Positions 54,464-64,000 of a stretch of DNA of 64,000 nt are shown one piece after another. Position 1 is the stretch's first letter, and each line of letters begins with the position of its first letter. This DNA is from Salpingoeca rosetta (taxonomy: Eukaryota > Protista > Choanoflagellata): the NCBI GenBank assembly GCA_033442325.1, contig JAWQFM010000010.1, positions 26,590-90,589 on the forward strand. The letters run 5' to 3'. The notes under the pieces are model-generated. The model was not told the origin of the DNA. It did no database searches and saw nothing but the letters and a program-made list of their open reading frames with translations. A program made the position numbers and the translations under genes.

Positions 54464-55729
54464 ATTGCGCTTGTTGTTGTTGTTGTTGTTGTCGTAGCCT
54501 TGTAGCGTCTGCTGCTGTCAGCCTGTTTGTACTGTCGCCGGTGCTGTTGTCGTGGTTCTCACCTCTACTTCTCCTTCTTCTTCTTCTCCGTGTCTCAAGC
54601 CTGATGTCCTCTGACACCTGCTGTATTCTTCTTCCAAGAACTCGGTCCCCACGACTTGCTTTGGCTCAGCCTCCACTTGTATCCTCAGCTCTCTCTGTCA
54701 CACACACTCACACACACTCACACACACTCACACACACTCACCTCTTCGTCTCCCTCTCACTCCCCGTCGTCCTCTTCGTCGTCGCTAGGCCTCGGTCGTG
54801 GATTTCGCTTCTTTGCGCGCTCTCGCGTGGTAGTTTAGCTGGCTTGGGCCCGTCAGTTTGGGTACATTGACGTCATTGCCAGAATGTGCAATGTTGAACT
54901 GCATTGCTATTCTCAGAAGATGCTCACCATTTTTCTTCCACACTTCACCTTCAACAATTTTCCTCTCCCCAGCTGGTGTGTGTTGTTTTGTGTGCGCGTG
55001 TGCGTGCGTGCGTGCGTGGGTGTTGTGTGTTTGTTGTGCTTGTCGCATGTGCGTCTGCTGCGTGCATTTGTTTACCCCCTCCCTCCTCACGACCTTGCGC
55101 CCTTGTCTCGGCACACAATCACGCTTCAGGCACGCTCACTGCTGCAGGCTGGTGCAACACTACCCGGAACCGCCCTGAAAAGATAATTTGCACTGTTCCG
55201 CACGTGGCTTGCCGCTCACCTACAAATCTTTTCTGGAAGTTCCACCTTTTGTCAACGCACGCGTGCGAGCTCAGGTGCGTCACATCACGACACCCATCCA
55301 CTCGCGCTCGGGTGTATGCAAGCGTAAGTTTGCGCTGGCCAGTGATGATATGTGGACAACCTTGAAGTTGTTAGCTGTTTGCTGTTGTCGTTTTCTCCGC
55401 TTTGCGTTTGCCGGCTGTCGCTTGTTTGTGTTGTTGTTGTTGTTGTTGTTGTTGTTGCAAACCGCCCTCGTCTGTCTTTTCTACTGTGTCCGCAATCAGG
55501 CAAACATTCGTGTGTGTAGACGTGGCAACATCTGCCACGTCCTCGCGTGTCCCCACCCTCTTTACCGTTCGCACACGCCTCACTCACTCCACAACGCTTT
55601 TCGTACAAACGCGTTCGCGTGTTCGCGTGTTCGCTGGCCGCTTCAGGTGTCGTGTCGTGTAGTTCGTGCTGGCCATTTCCCCGCCAACACTAGAACCGCG
55701 TTTGCTTCTAACTGACCGCTATCCGACCC

Positions 55730-58279
55730 ATGGCGGACCACATCCATGATGAGCGGGAGCGCACAATCATGCACGACCTCGACGATGTGATGGACTCCAC
55801 CGTCAACTCTCCATCACAGAGTCACCAATCTCCCGACATCCCCGTGCCCACGTCGCTTCACCATCAGCAACACCAGCAACACCAGCAACAGCAGCAACTC
55901 GGGCGTCAGATGCCTCAAGCACCACTTCAGCACCAGCAGCACCAGCAGCAACAACTTCAGCACCAGCAGCAACCAGGACAGCATCATCATCAGCAGCAGC
56001 ACCAGCACCAGCACCAGCACCAGCACCAGCACCAGCACCACTCACACTCCCAGCAAAACCCAGTCTCGTACAACCCTAGGGGCTTGATTCCAAACGCACC
56101 CCTCTTTTCTCGTCAAGACCTCCAGCGACAGCAGCAACAGCAGCAGCAGCAGAAGCTCTCCGTCCTGCACGAGCAACTCTCCCTCGCTGTCAAGGCAACC
56201 GCGGTCAAGGCCACCAAGGCCACCATTCGAGTTCCGCTTGTCGCAGCGCGCATCCTCATCAGCCACGAGTCTCTGCTCCAGAAGTTCCAGCTTCTCACCA
56301 ACATCACCTACATCACGTGCTGCTCAGACCTGGACAGCTGCGACAACCTGGCGGAGCTCCTCGTCAGGGGCACCAAGGACAGCGTGCAGCATGCGCGCGA
56401 CGCGCTGCAGCGCCTGGCAGACTCGGTCAAGCTCGAGCACCTGCCCACCACGCCGCCCGTGTCCAGTGCGGTCATGCACTCAACATCCCGCCCCACTGCG
56501 CCGGCGTCATCATCCGCTTCCAGCGGGTCAAAGGGGCTCGGCTCGCTGCAGGAGGAGGGCCACCACTCCGCGTACGGCCAGACAGGCTCCGACGGGTTTG
56601 GCCGCCAGTCCTCGTTTGAGGCCGGCTACGGCGGCGCCCCACAGGAGGACAGCCGTCACAACAGCGCCGGCAGCACCCACAGCCTGCCGGGCATGTCCTC
56701 CAACACGGACATGCGGTACTCTGGCATGGGCACCATGTCCTCCTCCGCCAGCGCCTCGCACACGGCGCAGCCGTCGCCCCACCTGTCCCATCGCACGAGT
56801 CCGCACATGGCAGGCCGGGCCGCCTCTGCCCCGCCCCACAGCCTTGCCTACATCTTTGTGGACAACAGCAACATCTTCATCGGGGCCCAGCTTGAAGGCA
56901 GCGTGCGCGACCTCGCCGTCCGCGTCAACATCCGCGCCCTGTGCGAGATTATCGAGGACAACATGCCCTGCGCCTTCCGCGCCGTCGCCGGCACAAACCC
57001 GCACTCTGGCCGCATCTGGCACGAGTGGGAGAACAACCACTACCGCACCCTGCTGGACCGCAGCGACGCCTCCATGCACAACGTCATTGCGGCCAAGATT
57101 GACGAGGTGGCCAACTCGGGCGCCAACCCGCAGACGCTGGTGCTGGCCACGGGCGACGGCAACGAGGTGGAGGGCAACGAGTCCTTCCCGCGCCTGGCCG
57201 AACGCGCCATCCAGCACGGCTGGCGCGTGCGCGTGTGGTCGTGGGAGCAGAGCCTCTCGGGCAAGTTCCGCGACCTCAAGGAGCGCTTCAACGCATACGT
57301 CACCATCCACTTCCTGGATCCCTTCAAGGAGCGCATCACCTTCAAGGCCGGTCAGGGGTCGCGCAGCGTGTCCTCTGGGCCAACCCCAACCCCATCTGTC
57401 ATGATGGGCCCTGCTGGTGGAGGCATGCCGCACCGTGGACCCGGTGGCTCGGGCGGGCTCAGCCCAAACATGCACCGCCGCCACTCGGTCGGCGCCGGCG
57501 AAGTCGACGCGGACCCCTTTATGATGGGTGCGCGGTTCCGCCGCCCCCGCTTCAACGGCTTCCCGCCAAATGTCAACGCAGGCATGATGCAGGGTTTCCC
57601 GCCGCAGCAGCCAATGGACTTCCAGGCGCCGTACGACAGCGTCTTCCCCTTTGAGCTCTCCCACGGCATGCGTGACCGGTTTGCGCCACAGCGGCCCATG
57701 CCCCCAGCCCAGCACGCGTTCCCCATGGCATCTCAGAACGCGTTCCAGCAGCCGTACCAGCCTCCAGCTGCAGAGGCGGACCGCAGCAGCCAGCCCAGCT
57801 CCCGTACCACCAGCGTCTCCAGCTACGGTGGCGCGCGCTCCAGGCTGGCGTCTGCACCCGGCAGCATCCACGCTGACCGCGAGGCCGTCCTGGCCAAGTA
57901 CGGCTCTGGCTCTGGATCCCAGTCTGGCGCTACGCAGCAGCCTCGCTCTGATGACGCGACCCCATCATCAAGCAATGCTACTGCCGCCTCCAGCGCACAC
58001 CACCGCGGCTCGTCCTTCATGGCCCCAATCCCGGCAGAGCCTTGGAAGGAGGCTGCCAACACGCCACTGGACGAGGGCCAGGAGCAGCCACCCCAGCAGC
58101 AACAGCCACCCCAGCATCAGCATCAGCATCAGCAACAACCAAGCCGGACGGCAAACAATGCTGCACCTGACGCCTCGCTCGCTGCCTCATTTGCTGCCAT
58201 GCCGCTTCCCAGCGATCAGGCTGTGAGCGGCCTTTCTTCCAACAGCCACTCTAGCTGGTACTCGAGCGATGTCTGGTGA
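55730..58279 (+). CDS. Intronless KH-like + NYN/LabA-type PIN domain ribonuclease-like protein, 849 aa
   Basis: YIFVDNSNIFIG...TLVLATGDGN...FPRLAERAIQHGWRVRVWSW..SLS is the NYN/LabA PIN signature; upstream TIRVP..ARILI...LLVRGTKDSVQHARDAL resembles a KH fold; Q/H-rich N-terminus. Confidence 0.8.
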   Translation: MADHIHDERERTIMHDLDDVMDSTVNSPSQSHQSPDIPVPTSLHHQQHQQHQQQQQLGRQMPQAPLQHQQHQQQQLQHQQQPGQHHHQQQHQHQHQHQHQHQHHSHSQQNPVSYNPRGLIPNAPLFSRQDLQRQQQQQQQQKLSVLHEQLSLAVKATAVKATKATIRVPLVAARILISHESLLQKFQLLTNITYITCCSDLDSCDNLAELLVRGTKDSVQHARDALQRLADSVKLEHLPTTPPVSSAVMHSTSRPTAPASSSASSGSKGLGSLQEEGHHSAYGQTGSDGFGRQSSFEAGYGGAPQEDSRHNSAGSTHSLPGMSSNTDMRYSGMGTMSSSASASHTAQPSPHLSHRTSPHMAGRAASAPPHSLAYIFVDNSNIFIGAQLEGSVRDLAVRVNIRALCEIIEDNMPCAFRAVAGTNPHSGRIWHEWENNHYRTLLDRSDASMHNVIAAKIDEVANSGANPQTLVLATGDGNEVEGNESFPRLAERAIQHGWRVRVWSWEQSLSGKFRDLKERFNAYVTIHFLDPFKERITFKAGQGSRSVSSGPTPTPSVMMGPAGGGMPHRGPGGSGGLSPNMHRRHSVGAGEVDADPFMMGARFRRPRFNGFPPNVNAGMMQGFPPQQPMDFQAPYDSVFPFELSHGMRDRFAPQRPMPPAQHAFPMASQNAFQQPYQPPAAEADRSSQPSSRTTSVSSYGGARSRLASAPGSIHADREAVLAKYGSGSGSQSGATQQPRSDDATPSSSNATAASSAHHRGSSFMAPIPAEPWKEAANTPLDEGQEQPPQQQQPPQHQHQHQQQPSRTANNAAPDASLAASFAAMPLPSDQAVSGLSSNSHSSWYSSDVW

Positions 58280-59462
58280 ACGGGTGGGTTTCTACCAGGC
58301 GTCACGTGTACACACAAGCGCACTTTGTACACAGCACATCAACATAAAAGCGCAACCTCAGCTTTCCCCGCCATATCACGGCCCAGCTTTGATCATGGCT
58401 GCTTCCACCACGCACAACAGCTTTCCACCGACAAGAACCATCGCGGGGCATGTGTGTGTGTGTGTTTTTTTTCCTTCTTCGCTCGGTGCCATCCGCCCTC
58501 CGCCTCAGCTCAGGCTCATGCGGCTGACCCGAGAACTCTCTCGATCGATGCTTCATTCCACCGTCGCCCTTCTTCGGTTGCTTCGTGTGACCCCTGACAC
58601 CTGGTTTCCTTTGCTCTCGTGTCCTCTGTTTCCCTTCTTTTTTGTCTTTCCCTCGCTTCAACGGCAGTCACAGCCCCTTCCAGCACCAGCGTATCTGCCC
58701 CAATGCCGCTGGTAGTGCTGATATTTTTGTCTCTCCCTTTGCCCCTTCCTGAGCTTTGTTGCTTTCTTTGATGGCGGAGAACGTGAAGGAGGGGCATGCA
58801 CCCCATCCTTGTTTCGATTTCGGCTTCTGTCGTGACAGTTGCTGGGCAAAGCGATGAGCCCCATTTCGCATCCTTTTCCTGTGTGTTCTTGTTGTTGCAT
58901 TTCATTCCTTTCACCTCCCGTTTTATCTTTCTTTTTCTTTCTTTTTCTTTCTTTTTGGCGTTGCTGGTGTACTTGTTGGTTTTCATTGCGCCAGTGCCTC
59001 CTCCCCCTGCGTCTCGTGCTCTAAGCGCTTCGTGTGCATTTGGCCGTTCCCAGATGCATCAATGGCTCACGCCCCATATTTTTTCTCTGTTGTCTTTTTT
59101 CCTTTCCCTTGCCATTTTTTTAACCCACCGCTTTACACGCCGCGTATTTTGCTGTGCACCTTCGGCTTCCCGACGTTGTCGTTGTCATTGTCGGGTTGCA
59201 GTGCTTATCAGGTGTATTTGTTTGTTTCTTCTTTCCCCTCGGGCGACACTAGCTGCGTTATGCGACGCTTGGGCATCTCGTTGTGTGTTGTGTCACTGAT
59301 GGTCACGCACATGCATCGAGCTGCCGCTTATATGGCCTCAAAGAAACCCCTTGTACACACGCCTGTTTTTTTTCTTTGCCTACTTCTTGTTTGTTCTTGT
59401 TTTTTTTTCTCGTGTTTCCTTGGGCTAGCTTACGTTAGTGCAGACCCGCTCGCGTATGATCC

Positions 59463-59751
59463 TTGTGGCGTAGCGTTGTGAGGGCGCAGTTGCGTGTGCT
59501 GTCATTGATTTTGACTTTCCCCCTTATGGCTGGTTTGGCGGGAAGCAGGTCTTGACATGTGCACGCGTGCGGTTTCTTGCATGTTGCTGCCGTGCTTCAT
59601 TTGCGCTTTGTGGCGTAACGTTGTGAGGGCGCAGTTGCGTGTGCTGTCATTGATTTTGACTTTCCCCCTTATGGCTGGTTTGGCGGGAAGCAGGTCTTGA
59701 CATGTGCACGCGTGCGGTTTCTTGCATGTTGCTGCCGTGCTTCATTTGCGC
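59463..59751. repeat. 144-bp direct tandem duplication (period 145, one mismatch)
   Basis: 59463-59606 equals 59608-59751 except TAGCG/TAACG. Confidence 0.95.
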
Positions 59752-60453
59752 CATATTCACCTTTGTGACCCACATTTTTTTCGCTCTCTTCCCTGTTCAG
59801 AGGTGTTGTCTCGTCGTGCACGCAGCCATCGCGTGCCTATGTGTCGGTGTATTTTTTTTTCTTTTTGGTTGAAGTTTGTGCACACCCCTCTTGTTGCACA
59901 GTGCAGTCGGCTCTTTTGACGCCGCGCTTGCCACCCACCTTCCTCTGTACACTCCCCCCCCCCATTTCTCTCGGACCACACTGCTACTACCCGTGCGTGT
60001 GTGTGTGAGAGAGTGTGTCGGGTTCGATCCCCCTCAAGCCTATTGCCAATGCGACCTAAGAGTGCCCCCCCCTTACCTCTCCAACCAATACGCTCTGTGG
60101 TGGGCTGTTGTGTGATTGACTGATCCCTGTCCGGCTCTTTTAAATCGTAGTACGCTGATTGAAATGCTACCCGCTCTATGCCCCTTTGCTACCTACCTAC
60201 CTTGCTCCGTGCCTACATGCTATCGCTCCTAATAGCTGGATTCGTTTGCTGCCATTCCTGCTGTTGCCTGCCTGCCTTGATGTGTTGTTGTCGTCGTTGC
60301 TGATCTTGATTAGTGGTTTGAGTATTCGAGTGAAAGAGTGCGTGTGGTGCGTGTTATCTGTGCTGCTTTCCGCCGTGTGGACTGTTTTTTTTCCAAGTTG
60401 TCTCTTTCCATGTGGCAACCTCTTTTTTTTTTCTGTCCATGCTTGGCTTCTTG

Positions 60454-60544
60454 TCTCTGTCTTGTGCTGTGTGACACCGGGTGTGCGATTGTTCTCTCTG
60501 TCTTGTGCTGTGTGACACCGGGTGTGCGATTGTTCTCTCTGTCT
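60454..60544. repeat. 41-bp tandem duplication
   Basis: TCTCTGTCTTGTGCTGTGTGACACCGGGTGTGCGATTGTTC occurs twice in tandem. Confidence 0.9.
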
Positions 60545-60790
60545 GTCTCTCTCTCTCTCTAAGTGGTCGCTTTCACAGCCCCCCCCCTCTCTCTATGTTG
60601 GTGAAACCGAGATTAAACCGAGGTATCGAAACGTGTGATGATGACTTTGATGTGAGACTGTGTGCTGTGATTCAGAGCAGTGGGACTGTGTGCTGTGATG
60701 TGATTCAGAGCAGTTAGAGGAGCGCTTCGCAGCGTTGCGCGGCTTGGCTGCAACACGACAGCATAAATTTTGCCTTCCCAACAGCTGAAA

Positions 60791-61564
60791 ATGGTGTGTG
60801 TTTTGGGCTGTCCTGCTGCTGCTCGACCTTGCCTTGTTTTGATTGGGTTTGCGCGAGGGATGGGAGGGATGGGTTGTGAGCGGGGCTGAGGAATGAGGGA
60901 GAGTGGAGTGGAATCGGTCCACACATGTACACTGTGTATGTGTATATGTGTATGTGTATATGTGTCTGTGTATGTGTGTGTGTATGTGCATATGTGCTCT
61001 TTCTGCGCTTGTCGCTGGCCGTGATCGCTGATGGACTTGCATGACCCATGCTTCCCAAATACGCTCGCTTCCCATACGCGCTCGCTTGTCGAACACGCTC
61101 GCTTCCCATGCACGCTCGCTTGTAGAACACGCTCACCCGTTTCTGTTGTGTTAATTTGCACATGGACCTTTTGGCAGCCTGTGAAGAAAAAGAAGGGAGG
61201 CAAGAAGAAGAAGAAGAAGGGGCTGAAGAAGAGCAATAAGGTTGCGCCAGCGGAAGCCACCTTCGTCACCGATGAGGACGTCTGGGAGAGTCACAACGTG
61301 CAGGTGCGACTGCCGCTCATGCCTTGGAAGCTTCCCTTGTGTGTGCCTGTCGCCAAAAGGACAAATGCAACCACACACACACACACAGACACACAGTGCC
61401 ATGGCAAAGCTCACAGGTCCACGCTCATGTACACCATCGTTTCACACACGCTCCTGCAGGACTTCCTGCACCGCAAAGGGTTCTTTTGGCCTTTCGGAGG
61501 CAAGAAGAAGAAAGGGGGCGGAAAGAAGAAGAAGAAGAAGGGCGGAAAGAAGAAAAAGAAGTAG
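60791..61564 (+). CDS. SMKR1: Small lysine-rich protein 1 (exons 60791-60793, 61178-61303, 61460-61564)
   Basis: M/PVKKKKGGKKKKKKGLKK...ESHNVQ/DFLHRKGFFWPFGGKKKK matches the SMKR1 motif AHNVADCLHLRGFHWP; start exon inferred from aaaATG|gtgtgt. Confidence 0.75.
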
Positions 61565-62052
61565 TGGCAGCAGCAGCAGCAGCAGCAGCTACATGGAGCC
61601 GCCATGTCCCTCCTGTCCTGTTTAGGGCCCTTCCCCCGTTAGCCAAGACCCTCCTTAGCCTCCCTCAGTGTGTATGTGTAGGTGCGTGAGTGCGTGTGTG
61701 TATTGTGGGTGTGCCTGTGTGCATCTTAGTGCCTTCGTGTGTGAGGGCTTGTTAAAGTGAGCGAGAGAGAGTGTGTGTGTGTGTGCGCGTGTGCATTCTC
61801 TGTGTGAATGTATGTATGTATGCGTGGTAGCCACGTCATAACTTTGCATGGGCTTCACTCGTCATCGTTCGTTGGGCGGGGCTGTATGAATGCCATCTCT
61901 GTCAGCTGTACAAGAGACGTAGCAGTGAATAAATGAGTACACAAGAAACACCAAGCCCATCGCCATAATGTGCCAAGAGCACGGAAGCCTGTACACCAGA
62001 GGTACGGGGGAGAAGGAACTCCAGCAGTGTAACGAACGTGCAGCAAAAGCAA

Positions 62053-62104
<52 letters not shown>

Positions 62105-62630
62105 GACGACAGGTAAAGGCGGTGGAGAAAGACATGGGAAGCAGGTGTGGGCAGGGAAAGTCAACGTAACAGGGCAGCGACTCAAGGATGCCGGAGGAAA
62201 GGGAAGGGAGAGAAGGAGAGGAAGAGGACAGGGCGATCGTGGTCCTTGGAACGAACTTCAAGCTTAGCGCACCCACGCACGCGCACAGAGATGCAGAGAG
62301 AGAGAGGGGGGGGGGGGACAGAGAGAGAAAGGGAAAAGGGGGGGGGGGAGTTGGTGGAAAAGAAAGCAGCCACACACACATACACATACACACACACATA
62401 CACACACACACACATACACACATACATACACACAAAGAAATACACACTCTATGCCCATCTCTCTCTCTCTCACTCTCTCACTCGCTCGCTCTCTTTCTCT
62501 TGTCGACAGACAGACATGTAGACACACGCGCGCACAAATACGCAGACAGACACACACACACACAAACACACAGACACAGACACCCCCCCCCCCACACACA
62601 CACACAATGTACACCCATCCTCTCCTGCTT

Positions 62631-63287
62631 TCATGCTGGGTTGTGTTTGCGGATGCCCTGGGACCGTTGGCGATCGAGCAATTCCAGCTGGCGGATGCGC
62701 TGCGAGATCTCTGCCTTGACGCGCGCAATGGCCTGTGGGTCGTGCCGCGCCTGCCGCAGCTCGTTTAGGTGCTCCTGCCGCTCCTCAATCTCCTGCACCA
62801 AGATGTCAAACAGGTCAACCTGGGGCTCCGTTTGCACGCGCTGCGGCGGCTGTGCTGTGGTTGATGCGCGCGACGCGGTTCTGCCCTTCTCGCGGATGGC
62901 CTGCTTCGCCTGGGCGATGTCCTTGCCAAAGGCAAGCTCATCCGCCAGCTGCTCGCGTGCCAGGCCGCGATCCTTCCCCGGCTGCGCCTCGTACTTGGGC
63001 CGCGCATACCCGCCCGTGGACGAGACAATGGCCGACAGCGGCTTCCTGTGCTGGATCTTGTCCACGCTGGGCTTTCTCGCGGGCTTACGTGCGCCGGCTT
63101 GCCGCTTCGTTGGGTCGGGCCTCTGCGCTGATGATGTGGGGTCCACCTTGGTTGGTAACGCCTTGCCCGCCTTCATCTTTGCCTCCAGTTGCCGGCGCTG
63201 GAACGCCGTGAGCTTGGAGTCGGCCATCATCTGCGCAACAAGCGCCTGCGTGTCCTTGCTCAGTCCGCCTCTGCTACCGCTGCTCAT
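62631..63287 (-). CDS. EVG1: UPF0193 protein EVG1 (C22orf23 homolog)
   Basis: SKDTQALVAQMMADSKLTAFQRRQL....GKALP and DLFDILVQEIEERQEHL.....AEISQRIRQLE match UPF0193. Confidence 0.85.
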   Translation of the reverse strand: MSSGSRGGLSKDTQALVAQMMADSKLTAFQRRQLEAKMKAGKALPTKVDPTSSAQRPDPTKRQAGARKPARKPSVDKIQHRKPLSAIVSSTGGYARPKYEAQPGKDRGLAREQLADELAFGKDIAQAKQAIREKGRTASRASTTAQPPQRVQTEPQVDLFDILVQEIEERQEHLNELRQARHDPQAIARVKAEISQRIRQLELLDRQRSQGIRKHNPA

Positions 63288-63395
63288 GCCTGGCCGGTCG
63301 CTGTGGAGCGGAGTGTTTTTTTTGGGGGGGGGGGGAATTGATTGGAGTTTGGGTGTGTTTGTGTGTGTGTGCGTGAAAAAAATTTCACCGCCTTC

Positions 63396-63526
<131 letters not shown>

Positions 63527-63809
63527 ACACACACCCAGCCAATGCACAGAGACAAAGAGTCAGGCACGAGCGATGATTTCATGGCCTTTTGAGGGGTTTA
63601 TGTTCTCACGTCAACATCAAACGGAAAAGCTCAACCAAACACGCACGCAGCGTGCACATGCACCCGCTCCCTCTTCAGTTCTGACACCTTCCCGCTTGCC
63701 TCGTTTGCCTCTCTTCTATTCCACCTCTCTGTTATTGCTCATTTTCTCCACTCCCTCCTCTACACACGACACGACCACCTCGGTTACAAAACATCAAATG
63801 GTCTGGACG

Positions 63810-63905
63810 TTACGACTGCGCGCTGGCAGATGACGCTGGTGCTGGCGTGTCCTCCTCGCTCTCCTCATATGGGAACATGGTCTCTGGGAACTGAAACTTT
63901 TCCGC
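63810..63905 (-). CDS. Terminal exon of an unidentified gene extending beyond the window
   Basis: gcag|AEKFQFPETMFPYEESEEDTPAPASSASAQS* after a pyrimidine-rich acceptor. Confidence 0.5.
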   Translation of the reverse strand, partial: AEKFQFPETMFPYEESEEDTPAPASSASAQS

Positions 63906-64000
63906 CTGCACGCGCAGAGCACAGAGCACATAGCACAGAGCACAGAGGAATAAGGGGGGGGGGACGGAAAAAACGAGGAGGTGAGGGTCAGAATCAGCAA

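Noticed and set aside
60015-60040. tRNA gene suggested by GGTTCGATCCC
   Set aside because: No acceptor stem, D-arm/A-box or anticodon arm upstream.
60633-60716. Box C/D snoRNA (GTGATGA)
   Set aside because: No properly placed terminal CTGA box D or closing stem.

Overview
Compact, intron-rich eukaryotic DNA. Most introns carry (GT)n/(CA)n microsatellites and exons are GC-rich with poly-Q/poly-acidic tracts; the style and holozoan-type gene set suggest a choanoflagellate such as Salpingoeca rosetta (inference). Splicing exons by eye gives 14 host genes, in order: 3' end of cytoplasmic dynein intermediate chain, TOM70, NOMO, a TANGO1/MIA3-like ER membrane protein, ERICH3/DUF4590-like, a PWWP3A-C-terminal-domain-like gene, PET100, PRMT5, a tandem bZIP-like factor, a SIM+MIU+RING-H2 ligase, a possible membrane-anchored pseudo-USP, a KH-like+NYN/PIN ribonuclease, SMKR1 and EVG1/C22orf23. 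There is also the last exon of an unidentified gene and a 3.46-kb Sola-type DNA transposon with perfect 32-bp TIRs. Highlights: (1) a TANGO1-architecture protein (signal peptide, MIA-type SH3, acidic lumen with an ShKT insert, TM, coiled coils, no proline-rich tail) in an apparently non-animal genome; (2) the transposon duplicated exactly the predicted ATG of a host gene and separated it from a 138-bp bidirectional promoter shared with PET100. Most ORFs in the supplied track are microsatellite artefacts. All family calls come from remembered motifs, not database searches.
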